From the IMG/VR virus record IMGVR_UViG_3300016667_000484, positions 1 through 64,000 of that record: a stretch of DNA of 64,000 nucleotides, one strand, 5' to 3'. The translations under genes and the position numbers were made by a program. The notes beneath the pieces were generated by a model. The model had not been told where the DNA came from. It saw only the letters and a list, made by a program, of their open reading frames with translations, and did not search any database. Positions 17,819 through 27,089 of this stretch are shown here, one piece after another (position 1 is the stretch's first letter; each line of letters starts with the position of its first letter). This DNA comes from a virus (Duplodnaviria; Heunggongvirae; Uroviricota; Caudoviricetes).

Positions 17819-18571
17819 TACGAAAGCCACTCTTTGTTCTAAAGTGAGGTCTCCGAAGTACCCAAGATCAACTGACTCAACACGAGTACGTTGAACTTTC
17901 AGGTCTGCAGGGCGTTTGTGCTCGGGAATTTTCTCAAGCTCTTCTTGAGTCAAGAATGTCTCACGAACCACGGGTTTCACATAAGTGCCATACTTCCAAA
18001 CATTCGGAAGATCTTCCCAATCGTTGTCGCGAAGGCTCAAGAGGTTTCTCATCTGCTCACCGTTGAGGTTCTGCATCTCTGCATGACCAACATTCCAACG
18101 GAAGTAAGAAGAGATGCTGTTCTTACGAGCGTCTTGTACACGCCATAGAAGAACGTTAGATGCCTCGACGTCGGTTGGAACTTGCCAGCCCCTGCAGTCA
18201 AAGTATGCATGCTGATCTGTGCCAGTGATATGATGGTTGAAGTGTGCAGTCGCCATCGATGCGAACACCGAGTTGATCTTCGACACCTTTCCACCAAAGA
18301 TTCGCTCACCTTCAGTCGGAGCGTAGATCAGAGTGATCTCGTCTGACTGAGTGTAACCAACCGAAGCATGGGTCTCTTTCACCAGCGCCTTAGTCGTAGT
18401 CACCATCGCGTTAGTCACTCGCCAATCGAACGGCTTAGTGAAAGGCCGCGTAAACTTGCTAAAGCCACGTCCGTCGATCCGAACACACATGAACTGAGTC
18501 GGATCGAGTTTCATCGAAGTGAAGGTGCTTTCATACGCCTTCATCCGATCGCCAAAGTCATCGTTCTTCAT
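17813..18571 (-). CDS. tRNA-His guanylyltransferase (Thg1)-like protein
   Basis: FMCVRIDGRGFSKFTRPFTKPFD ... GYTQSDEITLIY matches the Thg1/TLP N-terminal catalytic core (VVRIDGxxFxxF ... GESDE). Confidence 0.75.
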   Translation of the reverse strand: MKNDDFGDRMKAYESTFTSMKLDPTQFMCVRIDGRGFSKFTRPFTKPFDWRVTNAMVTTTKALVKETHASVGYTQSDEITLIYAPTEGERIFGGKVSKINSVFASMATAHFNHHITGTDQHAYFDCRGWQVPTDVEASNVLLWRVQDARKNSISSYFRWNVGHAEMQNLNGEQMRNLLSLRDNDWEDLPNVWKYGTYVKPVVRETFLTQEELEKIPEHKRPADLKVQRTRVESVDLGYFGDLTLEQRVAFVK

Positions 18572-19764
18572 TCGTCATCTTCTTTCGTCAGTTCAGCGAC
18601 AGCGCTGTCTTCATGGACATAAGTGATAGCCCCATGATAACCAGGTGTACGCTCGGTGTAGTAGTAACCTTTACGGTAATCGAGCGGCTTGAAGTAGTTC
18701 AGGAGTTCAGTGGCATCATATGTCTTAGCCATCGACTCAGCTTTCGTCTTGAACAGAACAGGAACAGTTTGTTCACCACAACTCATGTTCATATCTACAG
18801 TGTAGTTCGTGCGCTCGAGCACTTCGTCGGTACCGCGATGAGCATGTGTGTAGTCGACTTCACGAAGCATCTCTCCGAGAGGAATAACAAAGGATTTAGC
18901 GAAGTCACACTTCACTCGGTCTTCGTTAATCGGCATCAGGTCTTTGATCTCAGTCTTACGAATGACGATCTTGGCCTTTTGGATCTCAGGAACATCGGAA
19001 CGATAGTAGCACCGGCTCGTCTGAGTCACGCCATTTTCATCAAGGTGATACTCAGTGTAGACGAAAGCAGGCTTATCTTGCTTGCGGTTGACGATCGTCT
19101 TCACCTTTGTGGTCACGCCAGAGAAGTCAGTACGAGGATGACGATTCCAACTGTAGTAGTAATTGCGTTCATTCGGATCTTTGCGCCACACTTGCGCACC
19201 GACAAGGTTGTACGCGAGACGACCTTCGAAGCGATACAGGACGTTACCTGCCTTGTTCATGAACCAGTCACCTGCGTTCAGACCAACACGAACAGGGCCG
19301 TTCTTGTAGTGTTTGTACTCTTCAGTGTTGCTCGAGATGAGGTAGTTATTTCCACCGTATCGAGCCCAGACTAGCGGTTCCATGATCGTACCTTGAACGA
19401 TCGTGTGGTGTTCGATCAGATCAAGAAGGTTGTTCACGTCGATCTCAAGCTCAAAACCACGTGGGTCTTCAACACGGAAGAACTTATTCGACGTTGAATA
19501 ACGACTTACTGTGTCGACGATCTTGAAACCATGTGTCGGCTTGTTGTCAAGATCCATCGGAGCGAGGTCTTTTTCCGCCCAGCCATCGACAGTCGCTTTT
19601 CGCTTTTTGAATGCATAGTCACCTGTGTTCGGTGTTGCGAAGCCAAGCATACGAAATGCTTCATCGCGATTGTATCGGTTCTTCTGGAAACCAACGTAGT
19701 ACTTGTCGTGGAACTTGATGTCGCGCATAATGTAATCCTTGTTTGTGAAACGGGAGCCATTCAA
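18568..19764 (-). CDS. hypothetical protein
   Basis: 398-aa ORF. Alternative start at 19728, with an RBS at either. Confidence 0.6.
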   Translation of the reverse strand: MNGSRFTNKDYIMRDIKFHDKYYVGFQKNRYNRDEAFRMLGFATPNTGDYAFKKRKATVDGWAEKDLAPMDLDNKPTHGFKIVDTVSRYSTSNKFFRVEDPRGFELEIDVNNLLDLIEHHTIVQGTIMEPLVWARYGGNNYLISSNTEEYKHYKNGPVRVGLNAGDWFMNKAGNVLYRFEGRLAYNLVGAQVWRKDPNERNYYYSWNRHPRTDFSGVTTKVKTIVNRKQDKPAFVYTEYHLDENGVTQTSRCYYRSDVPEIQKAKIVIRKTEIKDLMPINEDRVKCDFAKSFVIPLGEMLREVDYTHAHRGTDEVLERTNYTVDMNMSCGEQTVPVLFKTKAESMAKTYDATELLNYFKPLDYRKGYYYTERTPGYHGAITYVHEDSAVAELTKEDDE

Positions 19765-19802
19765 GACTCCCGTTGTTATTCTATCACATGTTCAGGTAGG
19801 TG

Positions 19803-20381
19803 TCAATCCAATTTTACGTTCTTGCGAGCAGTATTCTTGCCAATCGCCACGAACATATCACCGAGAGTGTAGTAGACCGTTTCGAAGATCCAGATCAGAG
19901 GCTTATGGGAGAGCTCCCAACCCATCGCGAAAGGCCACATGAGAACCCAAGTCGACAGACGTTCTTTGTTTCGCGAAGGATGCCAAGAGGAGTAGTGTGC
20001 AGAATCAAGGAAGATCTCAAATGCTTCTTCTTTAGTCTTACCGGCAAGTTGCTTCTCATGCGAGGATCGCCAGTTCTCAAATGTAGACTTAATCACACTT
20101 GAGTGTTTACGAAGATGCGCAGGCCAACGCCAGAGTCCGGTGTAAGCAGCACCGATACCGATGTAGATCGCGAGAACTGCAATGACGAGAAGCGGGTTGG
20201 CGATCAGAATCGATAACACAGAAATTCCGATAAGGAACTCAAGGATACCTGCACCAGCCGCAAGGACAACGAGCGACCAGAACATGTTTCCGACAGTCGC
20301 GGTAAATGTACCACATGCCGCAAAGATGATGATGAAGAGGGCGAACCAAACGCCGCTAAATGCACCAAGAAAAGCTTCCAT
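19803..20381 (-). CDS. polytopic membrane protein
   Basis: 192 aa, multiple transmembrane segments. Confidence 0.55.
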   Translation of the reverse strand: MEAFLGAFSGVWFALFIIIFAACGTFTATVGNMFWSLVVLAAGAGILEFLIGISVLSILIANPLLVIAVLAIYIGIGAAYTGLWRWPAHLRKHSSVIKSTFENWRSSHEKQLAGKTKEEAFEIFLDSAHYSSWHPSRNKERLSTWVLMWPFAMGWELSHKPLIWIFETVYYTLGDMFVAIGKNTARKNVKLD

Positions 20382-20386
20382 GATAA

Positions 20387-20623
20387 TTATTCCTGTTCCA
20401 CAGAAGTTGTCTCAATCGCTTCAATTAGACGATCACCTGCGAGTTTAGCTTCTTCAGACATCGTACCGATGTCCCACCCGAGTGCATGTGCGGCTACGAG
20501 TTTTCCAAACAGATCACCAAGAAGTTCTTCTTCGGCCAGAAGGCCATCTTCGTACTGTTCAAGGACATTTGCCACGACACCGTGGGCAACCTCATTAATC
20601 TGTTGTGCGTTCAGTTCAGTCAT
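20387..20623 (-). CDS. hypothetical acidic protein
   Basis: RBS AAGG before MTELNAQQ. Confidence 0.45.
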   Translation of the reverse strand: MTELNAQQINEVAHGVVANVLEQYEDGLLAEEELLGDLFGKLVAAHALGWDIGTMSEEAKLAGDRLIEAIETTSVEQE

Positions 20624-21143
20624 TTTCAACCTTTTCAAACTGGATGTTGTTGCAGTCAGCGAGCTTTGCCCAGAACCGCGATTTCTTTTTTGAAGCATTT
20701 GCCGCTACAGGACCGGCTTTGCTCCAGACGTAGAAGGTGATAGAAGAATATTCGCTGACACCTTTGCGAATGTAAATACGGTCAACCTTCAACACCGTAT
20801 CTTTGAGAAGAGTCACAGGAGCCCATGATGGACGACCGTTGAGCGCGCTGAGTTCGTATTTGAAATTCCGATCGTTGTCTTTATCTTCTTGAGAAGCGTA
20901 GACCTTCACTCTGCTCGGCGCCCAACCATAACTGTTCTTGATCTCTTGAATAGTCACTCGACTTTCGATAGCTTTGATCTTTGCTTCAAGTTCGCGAACA
21001 GGAGTGGGATCAGGATCAACGATACGATCCCAGCATTTTTCTTCTCGCCACAGAGAGTCGTTGCGACCCTCTCGATACAGAGTGAACGACCAGTCTTGAG
21101 TCAGACGAATCATGTCACCAATTTCAGGGACGTAGAGTTGCAT
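20616..21143 (-). CDS. hypothetical protein
   Basis: 175-aa ORF. Confidence 0.5.
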   Translation of the reverse strand: MQLYVPEIGDMIRLTQDWSFTLYREGRNDSLWREEKCWDRIVDPDPTPVRELEAKIKAIESRVTIQEIKNSYGWAPSRVKVYASQEDKDNDRNFKYELSALNGRPSWAPVTLLKDTVLKVDRIYIRKGVSEYSSITFYVWSKAGPVAANASKKKSRFWAKLADCNNIQFEKVEND

Positions 21144-21544
21144 CAGTTCTTACCCGTCACTACTTGAGTTGCAGCAGAAGACATGTCTTTAGCAATAGTA
21201 TCAAGTTTGAGTGATACAATCGATTGGATGTCGCCGAGCATCTTTTGGCCACTTTCTGACGTCACAACCATCTCAGCGCTTTCAGATGCGATGATCAAGT
21301 AAACAGTGTTCTGACTCGGGAAAAGTAGTCCGAGAAGAGACACGAAGAAGGTGATGATGAGACCCTTTTGAAGTTTTGGACCTTGAGCAGCCCACGTATC
21401 AGTTACATCATGTTTGTTGGGAATCACCACAAACAGTGTAACGATTACAGCTGAGATTGCGGTGATAATGCTAATAAAGCCAAGCACACCGCCGACATTC
21501 TCAGACACTTCTGCGAAGTAGAGAAGCCAAGAGAGACCGTTCAT
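21143..21544 (-). CDS. membrane protein
   Basis: RBS AAGGA before MNGLSWLLYF. Transmembrane helices present. Confidence 0.5.
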   Translation of the reverse strand: MNGLSWLLYFAEVSENVGGVLGFISIITAISAVIVTLFVVIPNKHDVTDTWAAQGPKLQKGLIITFFVSLLGLLFPSQNTVYLIIASESAEMVVTSESGQKMLGDIQSIVSLKLDTIAKDMSSAATQVVTGKN

Positions 21545-22179
21545 TTCAGTTTTCCTTGAACAAATTGAGAGAGGGAGATGGTGTATAGAATACCATCGCA
21601 TACTTGCAGGTAGAAGTCTCGATGGTTTGGATCAGCAGTGATGTTGCCATTGACACGATGTAGCAACGTAGTCATGAACTTTTCTGAGTTCTCTGCGAAT
21701 GTAACCATGTCGATGTTGTAGAGTTTCATCGACTCTGACATGATTTTACCAAAGTTTTGGAAAGCTGTCAACTGATTTGTGAGGCCATGAAGATCTGCAC
21801 GAACAATAGCCGAAGCTCGTTCGCACGGTGTAACGACATGTTGTTCAGTGTGCAAGATTAGACGATACACCCTGTCTCTTTCCCAGATGTCAGGAGTGCA
21901 TCCTGTGTACTGGTCTGCCATATCGAGAAAAGCCTTCGCTGATCTAAGCTCTTTCTCTGGTTGATCGTCATAGACGATGTCGTGGAAGAGAACCGCCCAG
22001 TCAAGAGCTTCATCGTACGGTTCGTTCGTATCAGCAAGGTACTGATACATAGATTCGACATGTTCAAAGTTGTGATACGTACACCCGAACAATCCGTTCA
22101 ACTCGATCAGACCACGTGCTTCAAGAGCCAGAGGTGTGTCTTGGATTCGGCTCCAAGCAAGGCCTGTCCAATTAGTCAT
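21541..22179 (-). CDS. HD-domain phosphohydrolase
   Basis: YHNFEHVESM ... AVLFHDIVYD gives H..H...HD...D. Start at MTNWTG with RBS GAAGGG. The 65-aa N-terminal extension in the ORF track looks spurious. Confidence 0.6.
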   Translation of the reverse strand: MTNWTGLAWSRIQDTPLALEARGLIELNGLFGCTYHNFEHVESMYQYLADTNEPYDEALDWAVLFHDIVYDDQPEKELRSAKAFLDMADQYTGCTPDIWERDRVYRLILHTEQHVVTPCERASAIVRADLHGLTNQLTAFQNFGKIMSESMKLYNIDMVTFAENSEKFMTTLLHRVNGNITADPNHRDFYLQVCDGILYTISLSQFVQGKLK

Positions 22180-22699
22180 TCTTAACACCCTTCTCGGCAA
22201 GAGTGTTGCCGAACAGATCGACGATGAGGATGTAGTCGAAACCTTCATCGAGTTCAGGCTCAACGTAGGTCGAAGCCATTGCCTCGACGATGTGCATCGG
22301 GATGATTTTGCCAGGACGCGAATCGAGACGACGCTGCAGTTCAGCCCACTCCTCGTCAGTGCGAGGCGGAGCAATACAGCGACAGATCTTGCGATAGTTC
22401 TTCGGAACCTTCGCCAGGATACCGCGCCGCTTCTTGGCGCTCATGTTGGTCTGATCCCAGCAGACGCTGTAACCTTGCTTCAGGGCAAGAGCGAGCATCT
22501 CGTTCATGTGCTTCGTCGCCGGCTCGATGAACTCCTTGAACGCTTCATTGTACGTCCAACCGTTCATATTTGCACAGCGCTCGATGTAGTTATCGGTGCT
22601 GTAGACGAAGACGCCGGCAGGATCTTCACCGAACACGCTGTTCACAAACGTCGACTTACCTGAACCCGGCAAACCGACAAGAACTTCAACCTTAGACAT
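22172..22699 (-). CDS. P-loop nucleotide/polynucleotide kinase-like protein (Pnk kinase-domain-like)
   Basis: Walker A GLPGSGKSTF. Start at MSKVEV with RBS GGAAGGTG. Confidence 0.6.
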   Translation of the reverse strand: MSKVEVLVGLPGSGKSTFVNSVFGEDPAGVFVYSTDNYIERCANMNGWTYNEAFKEFIEPATKHMNEMLALALKQGYSVCWDQTNMSAKKRRGILAKVPKNYRKICRCIAPPRTDEEWAELQRRLDSRPGKIIPMHIVEAMASTYVEPELDEGFDYILIVDLFGNTLAEKGVKND

Positions 22700-22970
22700 A
22701 TTCACCTTCCACTTCATCTTTGAAGACTTCGGTGAAGACCGCTTCACCGTACTCACCGGTGGTGTACAGACCCAGTTCCCAGAGCCGAGCGACAAGCTTC
22801 GCGTCAGCTTCGTTCTTCATGAACATCGTATTCGCGAGTTCACCGTACTTCGAACCAGACAAGCTGATCCAAAAATCAACGATGTAGGTAACCTTGGTGT
22901 ACGAACCATCGTAGTCACCGTAGCAGACATCAATCTCAATTTCTTCAGTGCTCACGACCGCGGTCGCCAT
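22692..22970 (-). CDS. hypothetical protein
   Basis: 92-aa ORF. Early promoter at 22995-23024. Confidence 0.5.
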   Translation of the reverse strand: MATAVVSTEEIEIDVCYGDYDGSYTKVTYIVDFWISLSGSKYGELANTMFMKNEADAKLVARLWELGLYTTGEYGEAVFTEVFKDEVEGEYV

Positions 22971-22994
22971 GTTCTTCTCCGTTTCTTACTAGTT

Positions 22995-23024
22995 AGATCT
23001 AATCTAGCCTGTGCAGAATGTCAA
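22995..23024 (-). promoter_or_regulatory. early promoter, same family (-10 TAGATC variant)
   Basis: ttagatctaatctagcc...gaatgtcaacc. Confidence 0.55.
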
Positions 23025-23029
23025 CCGTT

Positions 23030-23191
23030 TTTTACGGTTCATCACACATTCCAGTGACAGCTGCATAAAACCCGGATTTTCCGAGGAACAACGCCGGACC
23101 CCAACAGCACTTATCAACGGTGTAGGACAAAGTAGCGACACCGCCGATCAAGCAGATCACGAACCAGATCGGGAAGAGAATACGCATCATG
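23030..23191 (-). CDS. small membrane protein (53 aa)
   Basis: RBS GGAGCCAAC then ATG. Early promoter at 23214-23242. Confidence 0.4.
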
Positions 23192-23213
23192 TTGGCTCCT
23201 TGCTTACTAGTTA

Positions 23214-23242
23214 GATATAAACAACGGAGCGGAAAATGTCAA
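23214..23242 (-). promoter_or_regulatory. early promoter, same family
   Basis: ttagatataaacaacgg...aaaatgtcaacc. Confidence 0.65.
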
Positions 23243-23943
23243 CCCTTTTCTTTAGGTTCTTGCACTTTTTTCTTCGAAGCAACTTTCTTCAGAACACCGA
23301 CGTTGATGATTTCGGGTTCAACTTCCTCGATGTCGTCAGCTTCTTCTTCGGCCTTCTGAGCTTCCATCTTAGCTTTCTTGACTTCGAGGCGCTTGATGAT
23401 CTCCTCACCATCCATCCACAAGTCCTTGTTGTTCAGCATGGCCCCGATTTCGTCTTCAGTCAGGAAGTCCTCATACACACTGCGCAGAAGTTTTTCCGAC
23501 CATACACGTTCGTGCTGCAATTGATCAAGCATCTCGCCGCCCTTGCCCATAACACCACCCGAGTAGTTGTGGAACATGAACATCGTGTGTTCTGACACCT
23601 CGAATTGATCGGCGCAGAGGAAGATCATGGTCGCAGCCGACATACAAGCACCTTCGACTGAGACGATCACAGTTGCTTCAGTCTCGCTTAGGACTCGCAT
23701 GAACTGAATCGCAGTGAACAGGTCACCACCATACGAGTTGATGAACAACCGAATGACGTCAGTTGGACCGGAGTGACGAATCACGTCGAACCACTCGATG
23801 TACTCATCAGCAGACTCAATGTTTCCGCACAGATAGAACTCATGGATGTTCACAGCGGCGCGGGATGTATAGCGATCCTGCTGTTTGTTCTTCTGTTGGA
23901 ACAAATCCATGATGTCGATCTGTTTCATTTTCTTTTGCATCAT
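23239..23943 (-). CDS. clpP: ClpP-family serine protease
   Basis: FINSYGGDLFTAIQF ... VEGACMSAATMIFLCAD is ClpP-like. Confidence 0.8.
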   Translation of the reverse strand: MMQKKMKQIDIMDLFQQKNKQQDRYTSRAAVNIHEFYLCGNIESADEYIEWFDVIRHSGPTDVIRLFINSYGGDLFTAIQFMRVLSETEATVIVSVEGACMSAATMIFLCADQFEVSEHTMFMFHNYSGGVMGKGGEMLDQLQHERVWSEKLLRSVYEDFLTEDEIGAMLNNKDLWMDGEEIIKRLEVKKAKMEAQKAEEEADDIEEVEPEIINVGVLKKVASKKKVQEPKEKG

Positions 23944-23956
23944 CGCTCCTTTTTCC

Positions 23957-23985
23957 TTGACACCTTTAAGAGGCTGAGTATAATA
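23957..23985 (+). promoter_or_regulatory. consensus sigma70 promoter TTGACA-N17-TATAAT on the plus strand
   Basis: ttgacacctttaagaggctgagtataat, pointing towards the plus-strand GIY-YIG gene at 24145. Confidence 0.5.
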
Positions 23986-24071
23986 GCTTTAAGGCTATCA
24001 AATAAGATATATTCTATTGTTAGAAATTCTGTAAGCTTAAGCCAAAGGCTTAAGGAATTATACTTCTCGTG

Positions 24072-24079
24072 TATAAATA
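24072..24079 (+). promoter_or_regulatory. TATAAATA late promoter upstream of GIY-YIG gene 24145
   Basis: Exact octamer. Confidence 0.55.
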
Positions 24080-24144
24080 GAACGTAGGTCGCGGGAGACC
24101 GGGAAGAATCCCCACCTACTCTAGAAACACAGGAGTTCCAGCAC

Positions 24145-24684
24145 ATGACTATTTATTACCTATACGTTAAGACGCATTTGGCGTCTGGGTTGAAATACCT
24201 CGGTAAAACTGAGAAAGATCCATACATCTACAAAGGATCTGGCGTACGATGGAAGAATCACATTCGAAAACATGGCTATGACGTTCATACAGATGTACTT
24301 CTTATGACCGATAACTATGATGAACTAGTAGAAACAGGATTATTTTTCTCTAAACTATTCAATGTCGTTGAATCCAAAGAATGGGCAAATCTTATCCCAG
24401 AGTCTGGCGAAGGCGTCGGTGGACTATTACACAGCGAAGAAACTAAGGCACATTTATCTAGGATAAAGACTGGTAAACACAGAACGCCACATGATGAAGA
24501 AACTAAGCGCAAAATTGCAGAATCATTGCGTGGAAGAAAACGACCACCCTTCAGCGAAGAACACAAACGGAAGACATCTGAAACACTTAAAGGCATAACG
24601 CGTAAACCACTCTCTGAAGAACATAAGAGAAAAATTTCGGAAGCAAAGACTGGTAAGCCTAGAGTGAAAACCATTCTTTGGTAA
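24145..24684 (+). CDS. GIY-YIG homing endonuclease with NUMOD3 repeats
   Basis: YLGKT...YIYKGSG GIY-YIG motif plus repeated EEHKRKISEA motifs. TATAAATA at 24072-24079. Confidence 0.7.
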   Translation: MTIYYLYVKTHLASGLKYLGKTEKDPYIYKGSGVRWKNHIRKHGYDVHTDVLLMTDNYDELVETGLFFSKLFNVVESKEWANLIPESGEGVGGLLHSEETKAHLSRIKTGKHRTPHDEETKRKIAESLRGRKRPPFSEEHKRKTSETLKGITRKPLSEEHKRKISEAKTGKPRVKTILW

Positions 24685-25012
24685 GAAGAACATTGGACGG
24701 TACGTCCAACTGCTTCAGCAGTGAGTAGATCTGTTCTCGTGAGTATCCGGCAAGACCGGTGCCGATCGGTGTAAGCATGAACGTATCTTCGGGATGCTCT
24801 TTCGCATGACTGATGAAGTCAGCTAAGTGACGACCAATAGCATCAAGCGTAAGAACTTTCAGAAGATAGTCTTTCGTTGGAACCGCGTACGAGTTCCCTT
24901 GGCGACCTACGCCTTCGCCATATTTCGCACCGTAATGCTGAAGCGCATAGAGTGCCGCACCTTTGCCGTGACGACCGGCGAGATTTGATCCAAACACAAA
25001 TACGTTTGCCAC
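24659..25012 (-). CDS. Rossmann-like SLOG/DprA-like domain protein
   Basis: VFVFGSNLAGRHGKGAALYALQH resembles the DprA/LOG-type glycine-rich loop. Function unknown. Confidence 0.5.
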   Translation of the reverse strand: MANVFVFGSNLAGRHGKGAALYALQHYGAKYGEGVGRQGNSYAVPTKDYLLKVLTLDAIGRHLADFISHAKEHPEDTFMLTPIGTGLAGYSREQIYSLLKQLDVPSNVLLTKEWFSL

Positions 25013-25084
25013 TCACTTCTCCATAAGAAAAGACTCCACAGACGTTAGTCCATGGAGTTACTATATATTAGTTTTGTGTGAATG

Positions 25085-25453
25085 TCAACTACGCTCGAGT
25101 CGATCCATCTCTGCTTTGCGCTCTTCAAGCCAAGCATCAGCTTCTTTTTCGTCGAGGAAGTAACCACTCCAGTGATCGGATTCATTGATGTTGCCTTCAT
25201 CGATCATATTACCATCATCGAGGTAATACTCATCGATGTGATCTTCCATGCTTGGCACAAGGCCTTCAACAGTCTTCAATACCCTGCCGACGATGGTGTA
25301 CTCTGTCTTCGTCTGCGTACGAAGTGGTTGATCATATCGAAACCACTCTACACCATTCTGGTCTTTGAAGTAGATCTTCTTACGATGAAAAGAGTTGTTG
25401 TCCTCTTCAACATAATAGACCTTTGTACCAATCTCTAGTCTTTCATCAATCAT
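25085..25453 (-). CDS. hypothetical protein
   Basis: 122-aa ORF. Confidence 0.5.
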   Translation of the reverse strand: MIDERLEIGTKVYYVEEDNNSFHRKKIYFKDQNGVEWFRYDQPLRTQTKTEYTIVGRVLKTVEGLVPSMEDHIDEYYLDDGNMIDEGNINESDHWSGYFLDEKEADAWLEERKAEMDRLERS

Positions 25454-25700
25454 CTGTTACTCTTATCCATTCCATTTCATCGTCGCCTAGATAATCCAAA
25501 TAGATGTTCGGATCGTTCTCTTTACCATACGCCATTACGATGGGGCCATCAGTCGAACTACCGATGAAGATCGTGTGAAAGATTAAGTCTTCGGCTTTAT
25601 CGAGCTCTTCCATCACCTTCTCGAGCTCCGGTAACACGTACATCAACGTGTCCTCGACTTGAGGAGTCTTTTCAGATGCCCAAACGATAGGAAACTTCAT
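25446..25700 (-). CDS. hypothetical protein
   Basis: 84-aa ORF. Confidence 0.5.
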   Translation of the reverse strand: MKFPIVWASEKTPQVEDTLMYVLPELEKVMEELDKAEDLIFHTIFIGSSTDGPIVMAYGKENDPNIYLDYLGDDEMEWIRVTDD

Positions 25701-25837
25701 AGCACAATCCTTTCTGATTCGGATCCATTCTAACTCAAGTCTTATCGGATGTCAACCATTGAATGCGTATATTGTGGTAAATCCTGCAATAGCGGAAATT
25801 ATGCACAATGGCATGGTGATAAATGTAAACACAAGCG

Positions 25838-26263
25838 TCACGAATTTGTCAACCATTTTGGATAGAACTCCCGTACGGGCACGCCCGCTCGTCTCGCGAG
25901 CTGAACCATCATTCTTGTTCCGACGCCGCCCGGGAACGCGACGACCGCGTGCGGCTTGCCTTCGTTGAGCATTTGGCTGTTTCGGATGAAGCCGGCTCGC
26001 TTTTTGTATCGATCCCAGTCGGCAGGGAAGCCTCTGACTTCGAGGCCTCTTTCTTCCGCCCACTCGCGAGCAAGGAGGTCAACGCCTCTTTGTTCTCCTT
26101 CGATAACAACGAGAGGTCGACTGATTGCGCTCCGAACAGTATCAAGGGTGTGCCAGATGTGGTCGACTTCTGGTTGGTACTTTTCTTTCTTGCCCGTTTC
26201 GGGGTTGATTCGGTAGCCGTAGTCTCGGCCTCCGCAAACCAAGAGTCTAAATTCGTCATTCAT
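25838..26263 (-). CDS. SLOG-family (DUF2493/YspA-like) Rossmann protein
   Basis: LLVCGGRDY N-terminal motif. The segment is locally GC-rich, which is why several overlapping frames are open; this frame carries the domain-like motif. Confidence 0.5.
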   Translation of the reverse strand: MNDEFRLLVCGGRDYGYRINPETGKKEKYQPEVDHIWHTLDTVRSAISRPLVVIEGEQRGVDLLAREWAEERGLEVRGFPADWDRYKKRAGFIRNSQMLNEGKPHAVVAFPGGVGTRMMVQLARRAGVPVREFYPKWLTNS

Positions 26264-26448
26264 TTTAACCCTTTGATCAAATCACTCAGTGCTTCATTTG
26301 TGCTTTTACCTACTGCCTCACAATAGAGCACAAATTTTATGCCAATCATGGCCATGGTTTTTAGCGATTCTTGATCCATATCAAAAGTAATGATTGAGTC
26401 GCCATCTTCTTGATCTTCAATACTTACTACTTCAATATTCAATCTCAT
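26260..26448 (-). CDS. hypothetical protein
   Basis: 62-aa ORF. Confidence 0.45.
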   Translation of the reverse strand: MRLNIEVVSIEDQEDGDSIITFDMDQESLKTMAMIGIKFVLYCEAVGKSTNEALSDLIKGLK

Positions 26449-26851
26449 ACCCTTTCGGAATCACTCCACCCTCACGAACGTATTGGGCGTTCATGATCTG
26501 ACGAACGTCATCGTCTGCTGGACCGAAGTCAGCGTTCTCGTAGAACCAACGAAGATACTTCAGTTCGTTGTCGGTGTCAGAACCTTTCGCCACGATGTAT
26601 GCCATCTCGACGACCTCGAGGTCTTTCGCATCGACATCAAACCGAAGGTTGCCTCGACGAACTGCAGGTTCACCTTTATAGTTCGTATAGTGAATGTCAC
26701 CATAGTTGTGACAGTTCCAAGCGTTCTTTGCAGCGCTCTTCGTCGACCAAGAGGTCTTACCATTTGGCGTCTGATAGAGTTCACCTGTTACCTTGTTACG
26801 AATGGCGTACACACACTTAAGTTTCGACAAGTCCATCGTGTTCTTAGTCAT
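26432..26851 (-). CDS. hypothetical protein
   Basis: RBS GGAG before MTKNTMD. Confidence 0.5.
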   Translation of the reverse strand: MTKNTMDLSKLKCVYAIRNKVTGELYQTPNGKTSWSTKSAAKNAWNCHNYGDIHYTNYKGEPAVRRGNLRFDVDAKDLEVVEMAYIVAKGSDTDNELKYLRWFYENADFGPADDDVRQIMNAQYVREGGVIPKGYEIEY

Positions 26852-27089
26852 CTTCAATCTCCATCGTTGCCTTCTTGAGGCGATACCCACGATCGAAGTA
26901 GAACCGAATGCGTCGGCTCTGCTCCATCTTATCTATGTCAGCTCTATATCCACCAAGGTGTCGCATCCATGCTTCATACGGTGATTTGGCGAATGATTGA
27001 AATGCTGTGTCGCCGATGATCTGTTCTCGATACTTTTCGTCCCAAGGTGATATTGGTCCAACAATCACATACCCTTCAACCTTGATCAC
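26844..27089 (-). CDS. hypothetical protein
   Basis: 81-aa ORF. Confidence 0.5.
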   Translation of the reverse strand: MIKVEGYVIVGPISPWDEKYREQIIGDTAFQSFAKSPYEAWMRHLGGYRADIDKMEQSRRIRFYFDRGYRLKKATMEIEDD

